NCBI GenBank assembly: GCA_043820105.1
Contig: JBDREC010000102.1
Location: forward strand, 826 to 64,825
Direction: 5' to 3'
DNA: 64,000 nucleotides
Source of the DNA: Pseudomonadota bacterium
GTDB taxonomy: Bacteria > Bdellovibrionota_F > JAHFAK01 > JBDREC01
Part shown: positions 49,474 to 59,103 of the stretch, piece after piece
Numbering within the stretch: position 1 is the first letter of the stretch
How the letters are laid out: each line of letters opens with the position of its first letter
Program-made: the position numbers and the translations under genes
Notes under the pieces: generated by a model
Databases searched by the model: none
What the model saw: only the letters and a program-made list of their open reading frames with translations
Told to the model about the DNA's origin: nothing

Positions 49474-50295
49474 ATGGGAAAAATAATTGCTATTGCAAAT
49501 CAAAAGGGTGGCGTTGGAAAGACAACTACTGCCATTAATCTTTCATCGTGTATTTCTGTTTCAGAAAAGAAAACTTTGTTAATTGATTTAGATCCACAAT
49601 CAAATGCTGGTTCTGGATTGGGAATTGTTTCACGTGAAACAAAAGGGAGTTTGTATGATCTTTTTTTAGAGCCAGGATTGGTAAGCGGCTCTATTTATTC
49701 AACAAATCTACCATATTTAGACATTATTCCATCTGATCAAAATCTTGTTGGTGCTGAAGTTGAATTAATAAACAAAGAGGGCAGGGAATTCATATTAAAG
49801 AATATCATAGCTCAGGTTAAAGATAATTATGATTTTATCTTTATTGATTGTCCCCCTTCTCTGAGCATGCTTACTGTTAATGCTCTAACAGCCGCTGATT
49901 CAGTGCTTGTGCCCCTGCAATGTGAATATTATGCTCTTGAAGGAATTGGGCGATTATTGAAAACAATAAAACTAATTCGCAAACATTTAAATCCTAATTT
50001 AGGAATTGAAGGAATTCTGCTAACAATGTTTGACAGAAGAAATAATCTTTCTTTTCAAGTTGAAAGAGACATTAGGCTTCATCTGGCTGACCGTGTTTTT
50101 GAATCTATAATTCCTCGGAATGTTAAACTATCAGAGGCTCCTAGCCATGGCAAACCTATAATACTATATGATATAAACTCAAAAGGTTCAATATCTTATT
50201 TTAATCTAGCCACTGAATTATTAGAAAGAAACTGTCTTAAAGGAATAAACTTTAAAGATTTAAAAATAAATGAAGTAGAAATAAACAACGATTAG
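49474..50295 (+). CDS. parA: Chromosome partitioning ATPase ParA/Soj
   Basis: NQKGGVGKTTT, DLDPQ, IDCPPSL, PLQCEYYALEG, IPRNVKLSEAPSHG. Confidence 0.97.
   Translation: MGKIIAIANQKGGVGKTTTAINLSSCISVSEKKTLLIDLDPQSNAGSGLGIVSRETKGSLYDLFLEPGLVSGSIYSTNLPYLDIIPSDQNLVGAEVELINKEGREFILKNIIAQVKDNYDFIFIDCPPSLSMLTVNALTAADSVLVPLQCEYYALEGIGRLLKTIKLIRKHLNPNLGIEGILLTMFDRRNNLSFQVERDIRLHLADRVFESIIPRNVKLSEAPSHGKPIILYDINSKGSISYFNLATELLERNCLKGINFKDLKINEVEINND
49626..49641. promoter_or_regulatory. parS centromere site inside parA
   Basis: Perfect palindrome TGTTTCACGTGAAACA. Confidence 0.9.
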
Positions 50296-50304
50296 GAGTA
50301 AATT

Positions 50305-51189
50305 TTGGCAACAAAACAAAAAGCACTTGGAAGAGGCCTTGCAGCCTTGATTCCAGACATTGAAGAAACTATTTTTTCTGACAGTGAGCCTCTAAAAACA
50401 GATAATTTAGTTGGATATGAAATGAAACCTGTTCTATCTTTAATTCCAAACAAAAATCAGCCTAGAAAAGATTTTAATGAAAATTCTTTAAATGAGCTAG
50501 CTGATTCAATTAGGGAAAAAGGCCTATTGCAGCCCATTCTAGTCAGACCCGCCAAAGATAAACTTGAAATTATCGCTGGCGAAAGAAGGTGGAGAGCTGC
50601 TAAAATCGCAGGCATTGATCAAGTTCCTGTTATAATTAGAAAAATAGATGATAAAAACACTTTGCAAATAGCTTTAATTGAAAACATTCAAAGGGAAGAT
50701 TTAAATCCAATTGAAGAGGCCAAGGCATATTTAACCTTGCAAAACCTTTATAATATTACTCATGAGCAAATTTCAAAAAAAATTGGCAAACAACGAGTTA
50801 CTGTTACAAATAGATTGCGCTTGCTAAAACTTCCTCAGGAAATCCAGGACCTATTGCTAAATAACGCTATTAGCGAAGGACATGCAAGAGCATGTCTTGC
50901 CCTAACTACATATAGTGAGCAAAGACAGGTTTGTGATCAAATTATAAAAAAATCATTGTCAGTAAGACAAACTGAAAATTTAATTAATAATTATTTGTCT
51001 GATAAAAAAGATAGCCCTTCAAAAAAGATTAAACAAGACCCCAATGTTCAAGCACTTATAGACAAAATGTGTCAAAAACTAGGAACAAAAATTGACTTAA
51101 GAGTTAGCAAAAAGGGTAAGGGTAAGATTATAATTGACTATTACAGCTTAGATGATTTAGATAGAATCCTTAAATTTTTTAAAATTTAA
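50305..51189 (+). CDS. parB: Chromosome partitioning protein ParB
   Basis: LGRGL.ALI, QPRK.F, IIAGERRWRA, IENIQREDLNPIEEA. Confidence 0.97.
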   Translation: MATKQKALGRGLAALIPDIEETIFSDSEPLKTDNLVGYEMKPVLSLIPNKNQPRKDFNENSLNELADSIREKGLLQPILVRPAKDKLEIIAGERRWRAAKIAGIDQVPVIIRKIDDKNTLQIALIENIQREDLNPIEEAKAYLTLQNLYNITHEQISKKIGKQRVTVTNRLRLLKLPQEIQDLLLNNAISEGHARACLALTTYSEQRQVCDQIIKKSLSVRQTENLINNYLSDKKDSPSKKIKQDPNVQALIDKMCQKLGTKIDLRVSKKGKGKIIIDYYSLDDLDRILKFFKI

Positions 51190-51217
51190 TACATAGTAAG
51201 CATAAGGAGTACAAATA

Positions 51218-51676
51218 ATGTTTAATAAAGGCGATAGTTTTGAAACAGATCACTCTTCAATTAATGCGCTACTTGGTAAAGGCAGTGAATTTGAAGGAAA
51301 GCTCGTATTTGAGGGAACCGTAAGAATAGATGGTGACTTTAAAGGTCAAATTGAATCAAATGCAAATCTTATTATTGGAGAAAATGCATGTGTAAAAGCT
51401 GAAATCACAGTTAACAATATAATAATTTCTGGTGAGGTTGAGGGAAACATTCATTCAAAAGGGAAATGTGAAATTCACGCACCTGGTAAAGTTGTTGGAA
51501 ATATAAAAACTCCTTCATTGATTATAGAAGAGGGCGTTATTTTTGATGGAACTTGCTCTATGCTTGAAAACACGGGCAATATTCATAAGCTTCCAAAGTC
51601 ACAAAAAAAAGATGACCCATCAAAAAGCGAAGATGATGAAAAAGACATGTTAGAGATTAAAGACAAGAAAAATTAA
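51218..51676 (+). CDS. Bactofilin (polymer-forming cytoskeletal protein)
   Basis: LLGKGSEFEGKL.F.G.VRIDG.F.G.I...IEEGVIFDGTC.M. Confidence 0.93.
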   Translation: MFNKGDSFETDHSSINALLGKGSEFEGKLVFEGTVRIDGDFKGQIESNANLIIGENACVKAEITVNNIIISGEVEGNIHSKGKCEIHAPGKVVGNIKTPSLIIEEGVIFDGTCSMLENTGNIHKLPKSQKKDDPSKSEDDEKDMLEIKDKKN

Positions 51677-51678
51677 AC

Positions 51679-52491
51679 TTGAATCATCCAAAAATAATTT
51701 TAAATAGTCTAAATAAATTTTCCTCAAAGAGTTTAGGCCAAAATTTTCTTATTAATACTGACATAGCTAAACGTATCGTTAATTTCGCTGATATTACAGA
51801 GTTTGATGCAGTTCTGGAAATTGGGCCGGGCCTTGGAATGCTCACAAGCCACATATGCAGGCAAGCTGAAACATGTTTTGCTATTGAAAAAGATGATATT
51901 CTTTATGAGCATTTAATTATAGCTTTTAGTGAATTTGATAATTTTGAAATAATAAATAAAGATATTTTAATTTTTAAGTTAGAGGATAAATTCGAAAAGA
52001 AGCTTAAACTTATATCTAATTTGCCTTATAACATTTCCAGCCAAGTTATTTTTTGGATACTAAATTATAGGGATCAGCTGGAAACATGCATTATTACAAT
52101 TCAAAAAGAACTTGCAGATAGACTTTTGTCAAAAGAGGGTTCAAAAGATTTCTCGCCAATAGGCATATTACTTTCTTTATTTTATGATATAAAAAAATGT
52201 ATGGATTTAAAAGGCCAGTCTTTTTTTCCAGCACCAAGGGTTATCTCAACAGTTTTGAAATTAACAAGGAATGATAATATTTTCGATGATCTTTATTATA
52301 AGGCTTTTTCTGGTTTTTTAAAATTATGTTTTCAAAATAGAAGAAAAACACTTATAAATAATCTTTCTAAATCTAAATATGATAAAAATGATATTTTATA
52401 TTTTTTAAATGAAAATATTTTATCTGAAAAAGTTAGAGCCGAAGAGTTAAGTTCTGACATTTTGCGTAAACTTTTTAATGAAATAAAATGA
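51679..52491 (+). CDS. rsmA: 16S rRNA m6(2)A dimethyltransferase
   Basis: LGQNFL, LEIGPGLG, IEKD, NLPYNISS, RRKTL, RAEEL. Confidence 0.95.
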   Translation: MNHPKIILNSLNKFSSKSLGQNFLINTDIAKRIVNFADITEFDAVLEIGPGLGMLTSHICRQAETCFAIEKDDILYEHLIIAFSEFDNFEIINKDILIFKLEDKFEKKLKLISNLPYNISSQVIFWILNYRDQLETCIITIQKELADRLLSKEGSKDFSPIGILLSLFYDIKKCMDLKGQSFFPAPRVISTVLKLTRNDNIFDDLYYKAFSGFLKLCFQNRRKTLINNLSKSKYDKNDILYFLNENILSEKVRAEELSSDILRKLFNEIK

Positions 52492-52510
52492 TCTTGAAAA
52501 TAATCAATAA

Positions 52511-53353
52511 TTAATAATTAATATTTAATTGATTCTTTAAAGTTTTTGTTTTTTTTAATTTCACCCTCTCAAACCCCTGTGCTATCTCGCCTACAGAGTG
52601 GGCGTCAGAATTGACGATATAAGGGACTTTTTTTTGCAAGACAAGGTCAAGTATTTCAAAAGATGGATACGGCTCTTGTAGGCCTTTTCTGAAGCCCGAT
52701 GTGTTAATTTCCAAAACCGATCCTATGCTCTTGATTTTATTGAGTTTATCCGAGGTCATTTCCAGGTATTTCTCTTTTTTAGCGTCAAAATACTTATTTT
52801 TAATATTAAATTTTTTATAAAGATCAAAATGTCCTAAAAATGAAAATATTTTTGTTTCAGCTGCTTTTAGATATAACTCGAAATAATCTTTTATTAGATT
52901 TTCAATATTTCCAAATTTCAATTGCAGCACTTCATTGAAATCTTCATCTGTATAATCTATTGCATAAAATTCATTGTTTGCTTTTTTTTGTGAAAACAAG
53001 TGAACAGATCCGATTAAGTAATCCACTTCATCAATTGGTATTTTTTTTAAATGTTCTTCACAATCAAGAAAATAATCGACCTCAAAGCCAATTAAAACAT
53101 CTATTTCCGCAGCAAATTTTATTTTAAGTGTTTTGAGTTCTTCTAGATACTCTCTAACCCTTGATTCATGCATGGTCCAGGGAGTTTCATAACTTATAGG
53201 ATAATGATCAGAAATTCCAACCTGTATTAAACCCTTTGATATAGCGCTTTTAATCATTTCCTCTGGACTATTTAAACCATCCGAATAATTTGTGTGCATA
53301 TGAAGATCTGATAGTTTATAATTTTTTTTGATCATTTTATATATATCTTTCAT
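52511..53353 (-). CDS. PHP-family histidinol-phosphatase-like hydrolase
   Basis: DLHMHT..SDG, SDH, IGSVH, GHFDL, EINTSG, SDAH. Confidence 0.85.
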   Translation of the reverse strand: MKDIYKMIKKNYKLSDLHMHTNYSDGLNSPEEMIKSAISKGLIQVGISDHYPISYETPWTMHESRVREYLEELKTLKIKFAAEIDVLIGFEVDYFLDCEEHLKKIPIDEVDYLIGSVHLFSQKKANNEFYAIDYTDEDFNEVLQLKFGNIENLIKDYFELYLKAAETKIFSFLGHFDLYKKFNIKNKYFDAKKEKYLEMTSDKLNKIKSIGSVLEINTSGFRKGLQEPYPSFEILDLVLQKKVPYIVNSDAHSVGEIAQGFERVKLKKTKTLKNQLNINY

Positions 53354-53362
53354 TTAAAAACC

Positions 53363-54127
53363 TTAATTTATTTTAATAAAATGATATATTAACCTTGTAA
53401 AGTTTTCCTGAGCTAACTCAAGGTTTTTATGAAATCGAATGACTGAATAAAATCTTTTTGGGTGTTTAAATATATATTTTATAATGCTAATAAATCCTTT
53501 TCTTGTTTCTTCTTCAATTTCTTTGGAAAAAGATATTGGCAAGTCTTGACTTAAAGTATCTGATACTGCTCTTATAGAAACAAAGGGTATATTATAATTT
53601 TTCATTATATTTGCCAGGTGATGATTTTCCATATCACAAGCGATTGCTTCATGATATTTATTTTTATATCTTTCCTTTATTTCTTTAGTATCTAAAAGTT
53701 CTGATACACTTAATGTTTGTCCGAGTTGAATTGGTATTCCAATTTCAAGAGCAGCTTTTTCAGTATTATTATTTATATTTTCATTTACCTTAATTTCATT
53801 AAGTTTATCGTTAATTATAATTTCAGATAAAACAATGTGACCAATTTTTATGTTTTTTCTAAAGGATGCGCAAAAGCCAGTGATAATAATGCTTTTAGGA
53901 TTGTTGTCATTTATTATTTTATCAATAGTGGTTTTTTTTATTTTATAACCAACGCCTGTTTTTATTATAAGAATATTTTTGCCTTCAAGACTACCACAAA
54001 TACCAAGGTGCTTATCAATTCTAATAACTTTTTTATTATCAAGTAATTTAATTAATCGATCGATTTCAGATTGAGTAGCAGCAAAGATTAGATATTGTAT
54101 AGAGACATCTTGCTTCCTTGTGCTCAT
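53363..54127 (-). CDS. Nucleoside phosphorylase/MTA nucleosidase-like (PNP_UDP family) protein
   Basis: KTGVG, ITGFC, CDMEN, IRAVSD. Confidence 0.75.
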   Translation of the reverse strand: MSTRKQDVSIQYLIFAATQSEIDRLIKLLDNKKVIRIDKHLGICGSLEGKNILIIKTGVGYKIKKTTIDKIINDNNPKSIIITGFCASFRKNIKIGHIVLSEIIINDKLNEIKVNENINNNTEKAALEIGIPIQLGQTLSVSELLDTKEIKERYKNKYHEAIACDMENHHLANIMKNYNIPFVSIRAVSDTLSQDLPISFSKEIEEETRKGFISIIKYIFKHPKRFYSVIRFHKNLELAQENFTRLIYHFIKIN

Positions 54128-54819
54128 GCGCTCTTGTTCTCTTTTATTACTGTTTCAAAGTTTTCACGTTTTACTTTTAAGATAGTATTTTCTGAATATA
54201 CGCCTCTTGCAATAGCACAAGGATAAATGATTGATCCTTTGCCGACTATTGTTCCTGGGCTTGTCACACTGTTGCAACCTGTTTCAACGTGGTCTCCTAA
54301 TATTGCGCCAAATTTTCTAAGTCCAGAGTCTATTTTTTTATTATCAATTAATAATTGTACAGACCCTGGAGTAACTTTTAAATTAGCTAGCTTTGTTCCA
54401 GCTCCTAAGTTTACGTGATTTCCAAGTATTGAATCGCCAACATAGGCAAAATGAGCGGCTTTGGCGTCATTGAGCATTATTGATGATTTAATTTCTGTTG
54501 CATGTCCAATTATACATCGATCGCCAACAAGAATGTCTCCTCTTATATAGGCTCCTTGTCTAATCTGACAATTTTTACCAATGTATGCTGGGCCCCTTAT
54601 ATAAGCTTGAGCTTCCACAATCGTGCCTTCATCAATGAAAATGCATTCTTCATTTTCTAGATATGCTTGATTTGAAACTTGTCCTTTAATTTCACCTTTA
54701 CATATTTCTTCTAAGTAAGCTTTAAGATTTTCACCTAAAACTTGCCAAACAAATTCATTGCTTTCAAAAAGACATGAATGCTCAAATTCCTTAAAATCAA
54801 AAAACTGAAACGCTTTCAT
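54124..54819 (-). CDS. Hexapeptide-repeat (left-handed beta-helix) GlmU-related acyltransferase
   Basis: IRGPAYIG.NC.IR.GAYIRG, HFAYVGDSILG..VNLGAGT, GLRKFGAILGD. Confidence 0.85.
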   Translation of the reverse strand: MKAFQFFDFKEFEHSCLFESNEFVWQVLGENLKAYLEEICKGEIKGQVSNQAYLENEECIFIDEGTIVEAQAYIRGPAYIGKNCQIRQGAYIRGDILVGDRCIIGHATEIKSSIMLNDAKAAHFAYVGDSILGNHVNLGAGTKLANLKVTPGSVQLLIDNKKIDSGLRKFGAILGDHVETGCNSVTSPGTIVGKGSIIYPCAIARGVYSENTILKVKRENFETVIKENKSA

Positions 54820-54882
54820 TATATTTCTCCAGTATTTTTTGTGATATTATTTTGATTAAACGAGTAGATAGAAATGGTCAAG

Positions 54883-55287
54883 CTATTTAGTTTTTACTTT
54901 TTTCTGATCTACAATGTAGGTGGTATATTCTCTTATTTTTTTAGAAAATAGTTCAACTTCTTTTGTATCTTGTTCCAAAATACCTACAAGTCTTCGATGC
55001 TGAACATTGGCAATTTCATCCATAATATTTTTAGGAGTTTCATTATTTACTTCAATAGCTTCCCAAAAAAGATCTTTCTCTAGACTTTTAAAATGGCCAC
55101 CAAGGCTGTCAGCTATGCGATACAAGAACTCAACCCCCTCATAAGGAGTAGGCTGAATAACCAATTTTACATTGCGTTGGTTATCAAGTTTTTCAAGAGT
55201 TTTTACTTTTCTTTGAAGAGCTTCATTGTCGATAAAAAGGGTGATCACAAACTTCCTTAGAGGATCACCAAAAAAGGAAATGTCCAT
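54883..55287 (-). CDS. Hypothetical protein
   Basis: 134-aa ORF in operon orientation with a GAGG RBS. Confidence 0.6.
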   Translation of the reverse strand: MDISFFGDPLRKFVITLFIDNEALQRKVKTLEKLDNQRNVKLVIQPTPYEGVEFLYRIADSLGGHFKSLEKDLFWEAIEVNNETPKNIMDEIANVQHRRLVGILEQDTKEVELFSKKIREYTTYIVDQKKVKTK

Positions 55288-55294
55288 ATTTACC

Positions 55295-55633
55295 TCAATT
55301 TACTGGGGTTAATTTTCTTAGGTAATTATCAATTTCACCATCTGTTGAAATTAAATTTGAAAAAGAAATAAATACATCTTCAAGCCTCACAGTTGCAATA
55401 TCAGAAAGATGCCATCCTTCTTTCTTTTTCTTTCTTTCTTTAATTGGAACATCAAAGTTTGGAATATTTTTTGCTAATTGCTTAATATATACATTAAAAG
55501 GAATATCTGCTACATTAGCTTCTCTTTCCTTGTCTCTTCTCCAGTTTTTTATATAGTGAAACCTACAATATCCATTTGTAGAAGCACTACAATCGCACCC
55601 TGATTCTTTACAAAGTTTTATTACGTTTCCCAT
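55295..55633 (-). CDS. Hypothetical protein with an N-terminal C-x4-C-x8-C-x2-H putative Zn site
   Basis: CKESGC...GYCRFHY. Confidence 0.65.
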   Translation of the reverse strand: MGNVIKLCKESGCDCSASTNGYCRFHYIKNWRRDKEREANVADIPFNVYIKQLAKNIPNFDVPIKERKKKKEGWHLSDIATVRLEDVFISFSNLISTDGEIDNYLRKLTPVN

Positions 55634-55919
55634 TTTAGTACCTTTCCTTTTCGATTTCCCAGTGTATATAGAAAATATTTAGCGAGAATTCAATCTTATT
55701 TTTCATGTTTAGCCCGCCAACTCTGCTATTCTTTTATACAAAATTCATACCAACCTTGTCAACCCCATAAGTAGCTGATATTACAATTCTATTATTAAAC
55801 ACCCTTTAAACATTGCGACCGCGCTGGGACAAATAATTCTTTATTGGGGTCATCCAGCTCCCCTTTCGACTCAAGGCGTTATCATAAGATCTAAATCAAT
55901 AGCTGTTTTCTTTATAATA

Positions 55920-57392
55920 TTAACGACTTAATGTTGTTTTTATCTTTTCGATAATGTTGCTTGTTGACTTTCCTTTAACAAATTCAATAGTTACGACTTT
56001 GCCACCATTTCCTTCTACAATTTCCCTTCCAACAATCTGGTCTTTATTATAGTCGCCACCCTTGACCAAAACATCAGGTGTGATTTCTTTTATAAGTTCA
56101 AGTGGTGTTTCTCCATTAAAAATAGTAACAAAATCAACAAAGCTTAAAGCTGATAAAATTGAAGATCTTTCTTCCTCTGACAAAAGTGGCCTATCATCAC
56201 CTTTTAATTTTTTAACGGAAGAATCACTATTAAGACCTATAACAAGAAAGTCCCCTAGCTTAGACGCTTCTTTTAAATATGAAATATGACCAGCATGCAA
56301 AAGATCAAAGCAACCATTTGTAAATACAATTTTTTTATTATTTCTTCTTAGCTTCGCAATCTGGTTTTTTAAATCTGATAAAGAAAGCACAAGACCAGTA
56401 TTTTCATCACCCTGATGCTTTTTAAATTCATTAACAATTTCTCTGCAAGTAACCGTGCTTGTGCCAACTTTTGATACAACAATGCTTGCGGCATAGTTTG
56501 CAGCTAGGCATGCATCTTTAATTTCAGCATCCCCGGCAATCATGGCTGACAAAGTTGAAATAACAGTATCACCAGCTCCTGACACATCATATACTTCTTG
56601 TGCAAAAGATTTAATGTTTAATTGCTTTTCATTGTCTTTGGAAAATAGGGACATGCCATCTTTTCCACGCGTAACTAAAATGTATTTAAGATTAAGTTTT
56701 TCAATTAGTTTTATTGCTTCTAAAGAAAGCTCTTTTTCTTCTTTAATTTCTTTGCCAACAATAATTTCAAATTCTTTAAGGTTTGGAGTGATTAAAAAAG
56801 CATTTTTGTATAATTGTATGTTTTCAGGTTTGGGATCTATAATAACAGGAATATTTTTGTCATTAGCATTGGCAATAGCACATTCTAAAACTTTTTGAGT
56901 ACAAACACCCTTGTTATAATCAGAAATAATTAGCAGATCAAATTCCTTCATGTTTTTTTCAATATATGAAGTAACTTTTTCTTCAAATTCTGCAGATATT
57001 TTAGAAACAGTTTCTTTATCAATTCTTATAAGCTGTTGGTTAGAAGCTATTACTCGAGTTTTAATTCCTGTGTTTCGAGATGGTGATAAAAATAATCCCT
57101 GATAATCAACATTATTTTCATGAAAATATTTTTTTAATATCAAGGCTTCTTCATCATAACCAGTAACAGTAAGAGTTGATACTTTTATGCCAAGGCTAAT
57201 TAAATTTCTAACAACATTTCCAGCGCCTCCTGGAAATATTTCTTCATTTTTTAGATTCAAAATTGGAACTGGCGCTTCTGGTGAAATGCGACTAACACTT
57301 CCATATAAAAATTTATCGACCATAAAATCGCCTAGAACTAATATTTTCTTTTTAGGAAAAAGTTTAAAATAATTTTGCAAATTATAACTCAT
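55920..57392 (-). CDS. hldE: Bifunctional heptose-7-phosphate kinase / heptose-1-phosphate adenylyltransferase
   Basis: RISPEAPVP, GGAGNV, DVSGAGDTV; FTNGCFDLLHAGH, LVKGGDY. Confidence 0.96.
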   Translation of the reverse strand: MSYNLQNYFKLFPKKKILVLGDFMVDKFLYGSVSRISPEAPVPILNLKNEEIFPGGAGNVVRNLISLGIKVSTLTVTGYDEEALILKKYFHENNVDYQGLFLSPSRNTGIKTRVIASNQQLIRIDKETVSKISAEFEEKVTSYIEKNMKEFDLLIISDYNKGVCTQKVLECAIANANDKNIPVIIDPKPENIQLYKNAFLITPNLKEFEIIVGKEIKEEKELSLEAIKLIEKLNLKYILVTRGKDGMSLFSKDNEKQLNIKSFAQEVYDVSGAGDTVISTLSAMIAGDAEIKDACLAANYAASIVVSKVGTSTVTCREIVNEFKKHQGDENTGLVLSLSDLKNQIAKLRRNNKKIVFTNGCFDLLHAGHISYLKEASKLGDFLVIGLNSDSSVKKLKGDDRPLLSEEERSSILSALSFVDFVTIFNGETPLELIKEITPDVLVKGGDYNKDQIVGREIVEGNGGKVVTIEFVKGKSTSNIIEKIKTTLSR

Positions 57393-57406
57393 GATTTTTT
57401 CCTTTT

Positions 57407-58039
57407 TTATTTTTTTAAGTACAGCTTTTTTTCTTTGATATATTTCTTTACTTCATTACATACAAGCCCATCAATTTCAATATTTTCAAAAATCAATTCT
57501 CTAATATTTGAAGAGCTGACCTTAGGCATTTGTAAGGCAAAGTTCGTAAAATTTTCATTCCTTTTTTTTATTTTTAAATGTCTTTTTATTAAAATAATAT
57601 TAACTAGCTTTGATAGTTGTTCGAAGTCCTTCCATTTATAGGCTTCGTTAAGAATATCATCACCAATAATAAGATAAAACTCATTATTGGAATTTTGTTT
57701 TTTTAAATATTGTACTGTATCAATTGTATAATTTTTTTTATCGCTGCTTGCGAGCTTTCTTTCTGTATCTAAAACTTTTATTTTATTTTTTTTTAAATTA
57801 GAAAAGGCAAGTTTACACATTTTTAATCTGTCATTATATGATGAAGAATACTTTTTTTCTAAAGGATGACTAAAGCAAGGTAGAATCCATGTTTCATCAA
57901 TATTAAAACAAGTATAAACATAAAGACTAACAAATAAATGCCCCATATGAGGCGGATCAAAACTCCCCCCAAATATCGCTATATTCTTCCCCCCCCCTTG
58001 TTCTCTTGTTCTCTTGTTCTCTTGTGCTCTTGTCATCAC
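57407..58039 (-). CDS. nadD: Nicotinate-nucleotide adenylyltransferase
   Basis: FGGSFDPPHMGH, YTIDT, IIGDD, W, VSSSNIR, YIKEKKLY. Confidence 0.92.
   Translation of the reverse strand: MMTRAQENKRTREQGGGKNIAIFGGSFDPPHMGHLFVSLYVYTCFNIDETWILPCFSHPLEKKYSSSYNDRLKMCKLAFSNLKKNKIKVLDTERKLASSDKKNYTIDTVQYLKKQNSNNEFYLIIGDDILNEAYKWKDFEQLSKLVNIILIKRHLKIKKRNENFTNFALQMPKVSSSNIRELIFENIEIDGLVCNEVKKYIKEKKLYLKK
57989..58033. repeat. C9 tract plus an octamer tandem repeat (CTTGTTCT x3, CTTGTGCT, partial unit) in the nadD 5' end
   Basis: Read directly from the sequence. Confidence 0.85.
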
Positions 58040-59064
58040 TTGCTCGCCATTTGCCTTAACTTGTGAACCTGGTCTTGATCACCCATTACAATAAGTTTAT
58101 CATTTTCTTCTAAAATTGTATCTGATTTGGGGTTATATGAATAGTTGCCACCTCTTTTAAGTGCAACAACAATGAGTCCTGTTTTTTGAGGTATTTGTGA
58201 TTGGCTCAGATCCTTTTTTTCAATGCTTGAACCAGCTTGAATATCAACCTCTTCAAGCCTTAGGTTTCCTCTGTCATCTCTAAGCATTTCATCAAGAAAA
58301 TTTACAACTGCTGGTCGTATCATTAAGGAAGCAAGTCTCATTCCACCGATAAAATTCGGTGAAACAATTTCATCAGCTCCAGCTATAAGCATTTTTCTTT
58401 CTGATGATCTTTCAATTACACGAGAAGCTATTTTTAATTTTGGATTTAATTCTCGAGCTGTTAAAACAACAAAAAGATTATCTTTATCATTGCCAAGCAC
58501 AGCTACAAGTCCCTTTGCTTTTTCGATATTAGCGGCTTGCAGGGTTGAATCTTTGATAGCATCATCTATAATATAATAAAGCTCTTCATAGTTCTCTATC
58601 TGTTCAATTTTTTGCGGATCATTATCAATTATAACAAATTCAAAATCAGCTTTTGTAAATTCTTTAATAACATTTACTCCTGTGTCTCCTGCTCCGCATA
58701 CTATGAAATGATTAGATAATGTAGCTATTTCTTTTTTCATTTTTCTCCTCTTCATAATGTTGCTTAATTCTCCCTCAACAATGAAAGCAACTGACTTGCT
58801 TACTGAATAACCAATAACACCTATGCCCATTAGAACAAGTACTAATGTAAACATTCTTCCATATTGAGATAAATTGTGGGTTTCGCCATAGCCAACTGTT
58901 GTGATAGAAATAATTGTCATGTAAAGTGAATCAAATATTGACCATCCCTCAATAAGTGTATAGCCAACTACGCCAACTAAAATAACAGTAAGAATGGAAA
59001 CAAATGGGAAAAAATAAACAAAATGACTTGTTTTTTGAGTAGTCTCTTTAATTTTTTCAAGCAT
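58036..59064 (-). CDS. Potassium channel with an RCK (TrkA-N/TrkA-C) domain
   Basis: TTVGYGE selectivity filter; IVCGAGDTG Rossmann motif; C-terminal TrkA-C. Confidence 0.93.
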   Translation of the reverse strand: MLEKIKETTQKTSHFVYFFPFVSILTVILVGVVGYTLIEGWSIFDSLYMTIISITTVGYGETHNLSQYGRMFTLVLVLMGIGVIGYSVSKSVAFIVEGELSNIMKRRKMKKEIATLSNHFIVCGAGDTGVNVIKEFTKADFEFVIIDNDPQKIEQIENYEELYYIIDDAIKDSTLQAANIEKAKGLVAVLGNDKDNLFVVLTARELNPKLKIASRVIERSSERKMLIAGADEIVSPNFIGGMRLASLMIRPAVVNFLDEMLRDDRGNLRLEEVDIQAGSSIEKKDLSQSQIPQKTGLIVVALKRGGNYSYNPKSDTILEENDKLIVMGDQDQVHKLRQMASK

Positions 59065-59103
59065 CTTTTAAACAATCTCCTCGCGCTGTACGCTGTACGC
59101 ATC

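Noticed and set aside
55800-55880. GC-richer intergenic stretch as a riboswitch or ncRNA
   Set aside because: No recognisable aptamer consensus or convincing stem by eye; needs an Infernal/Rfam search
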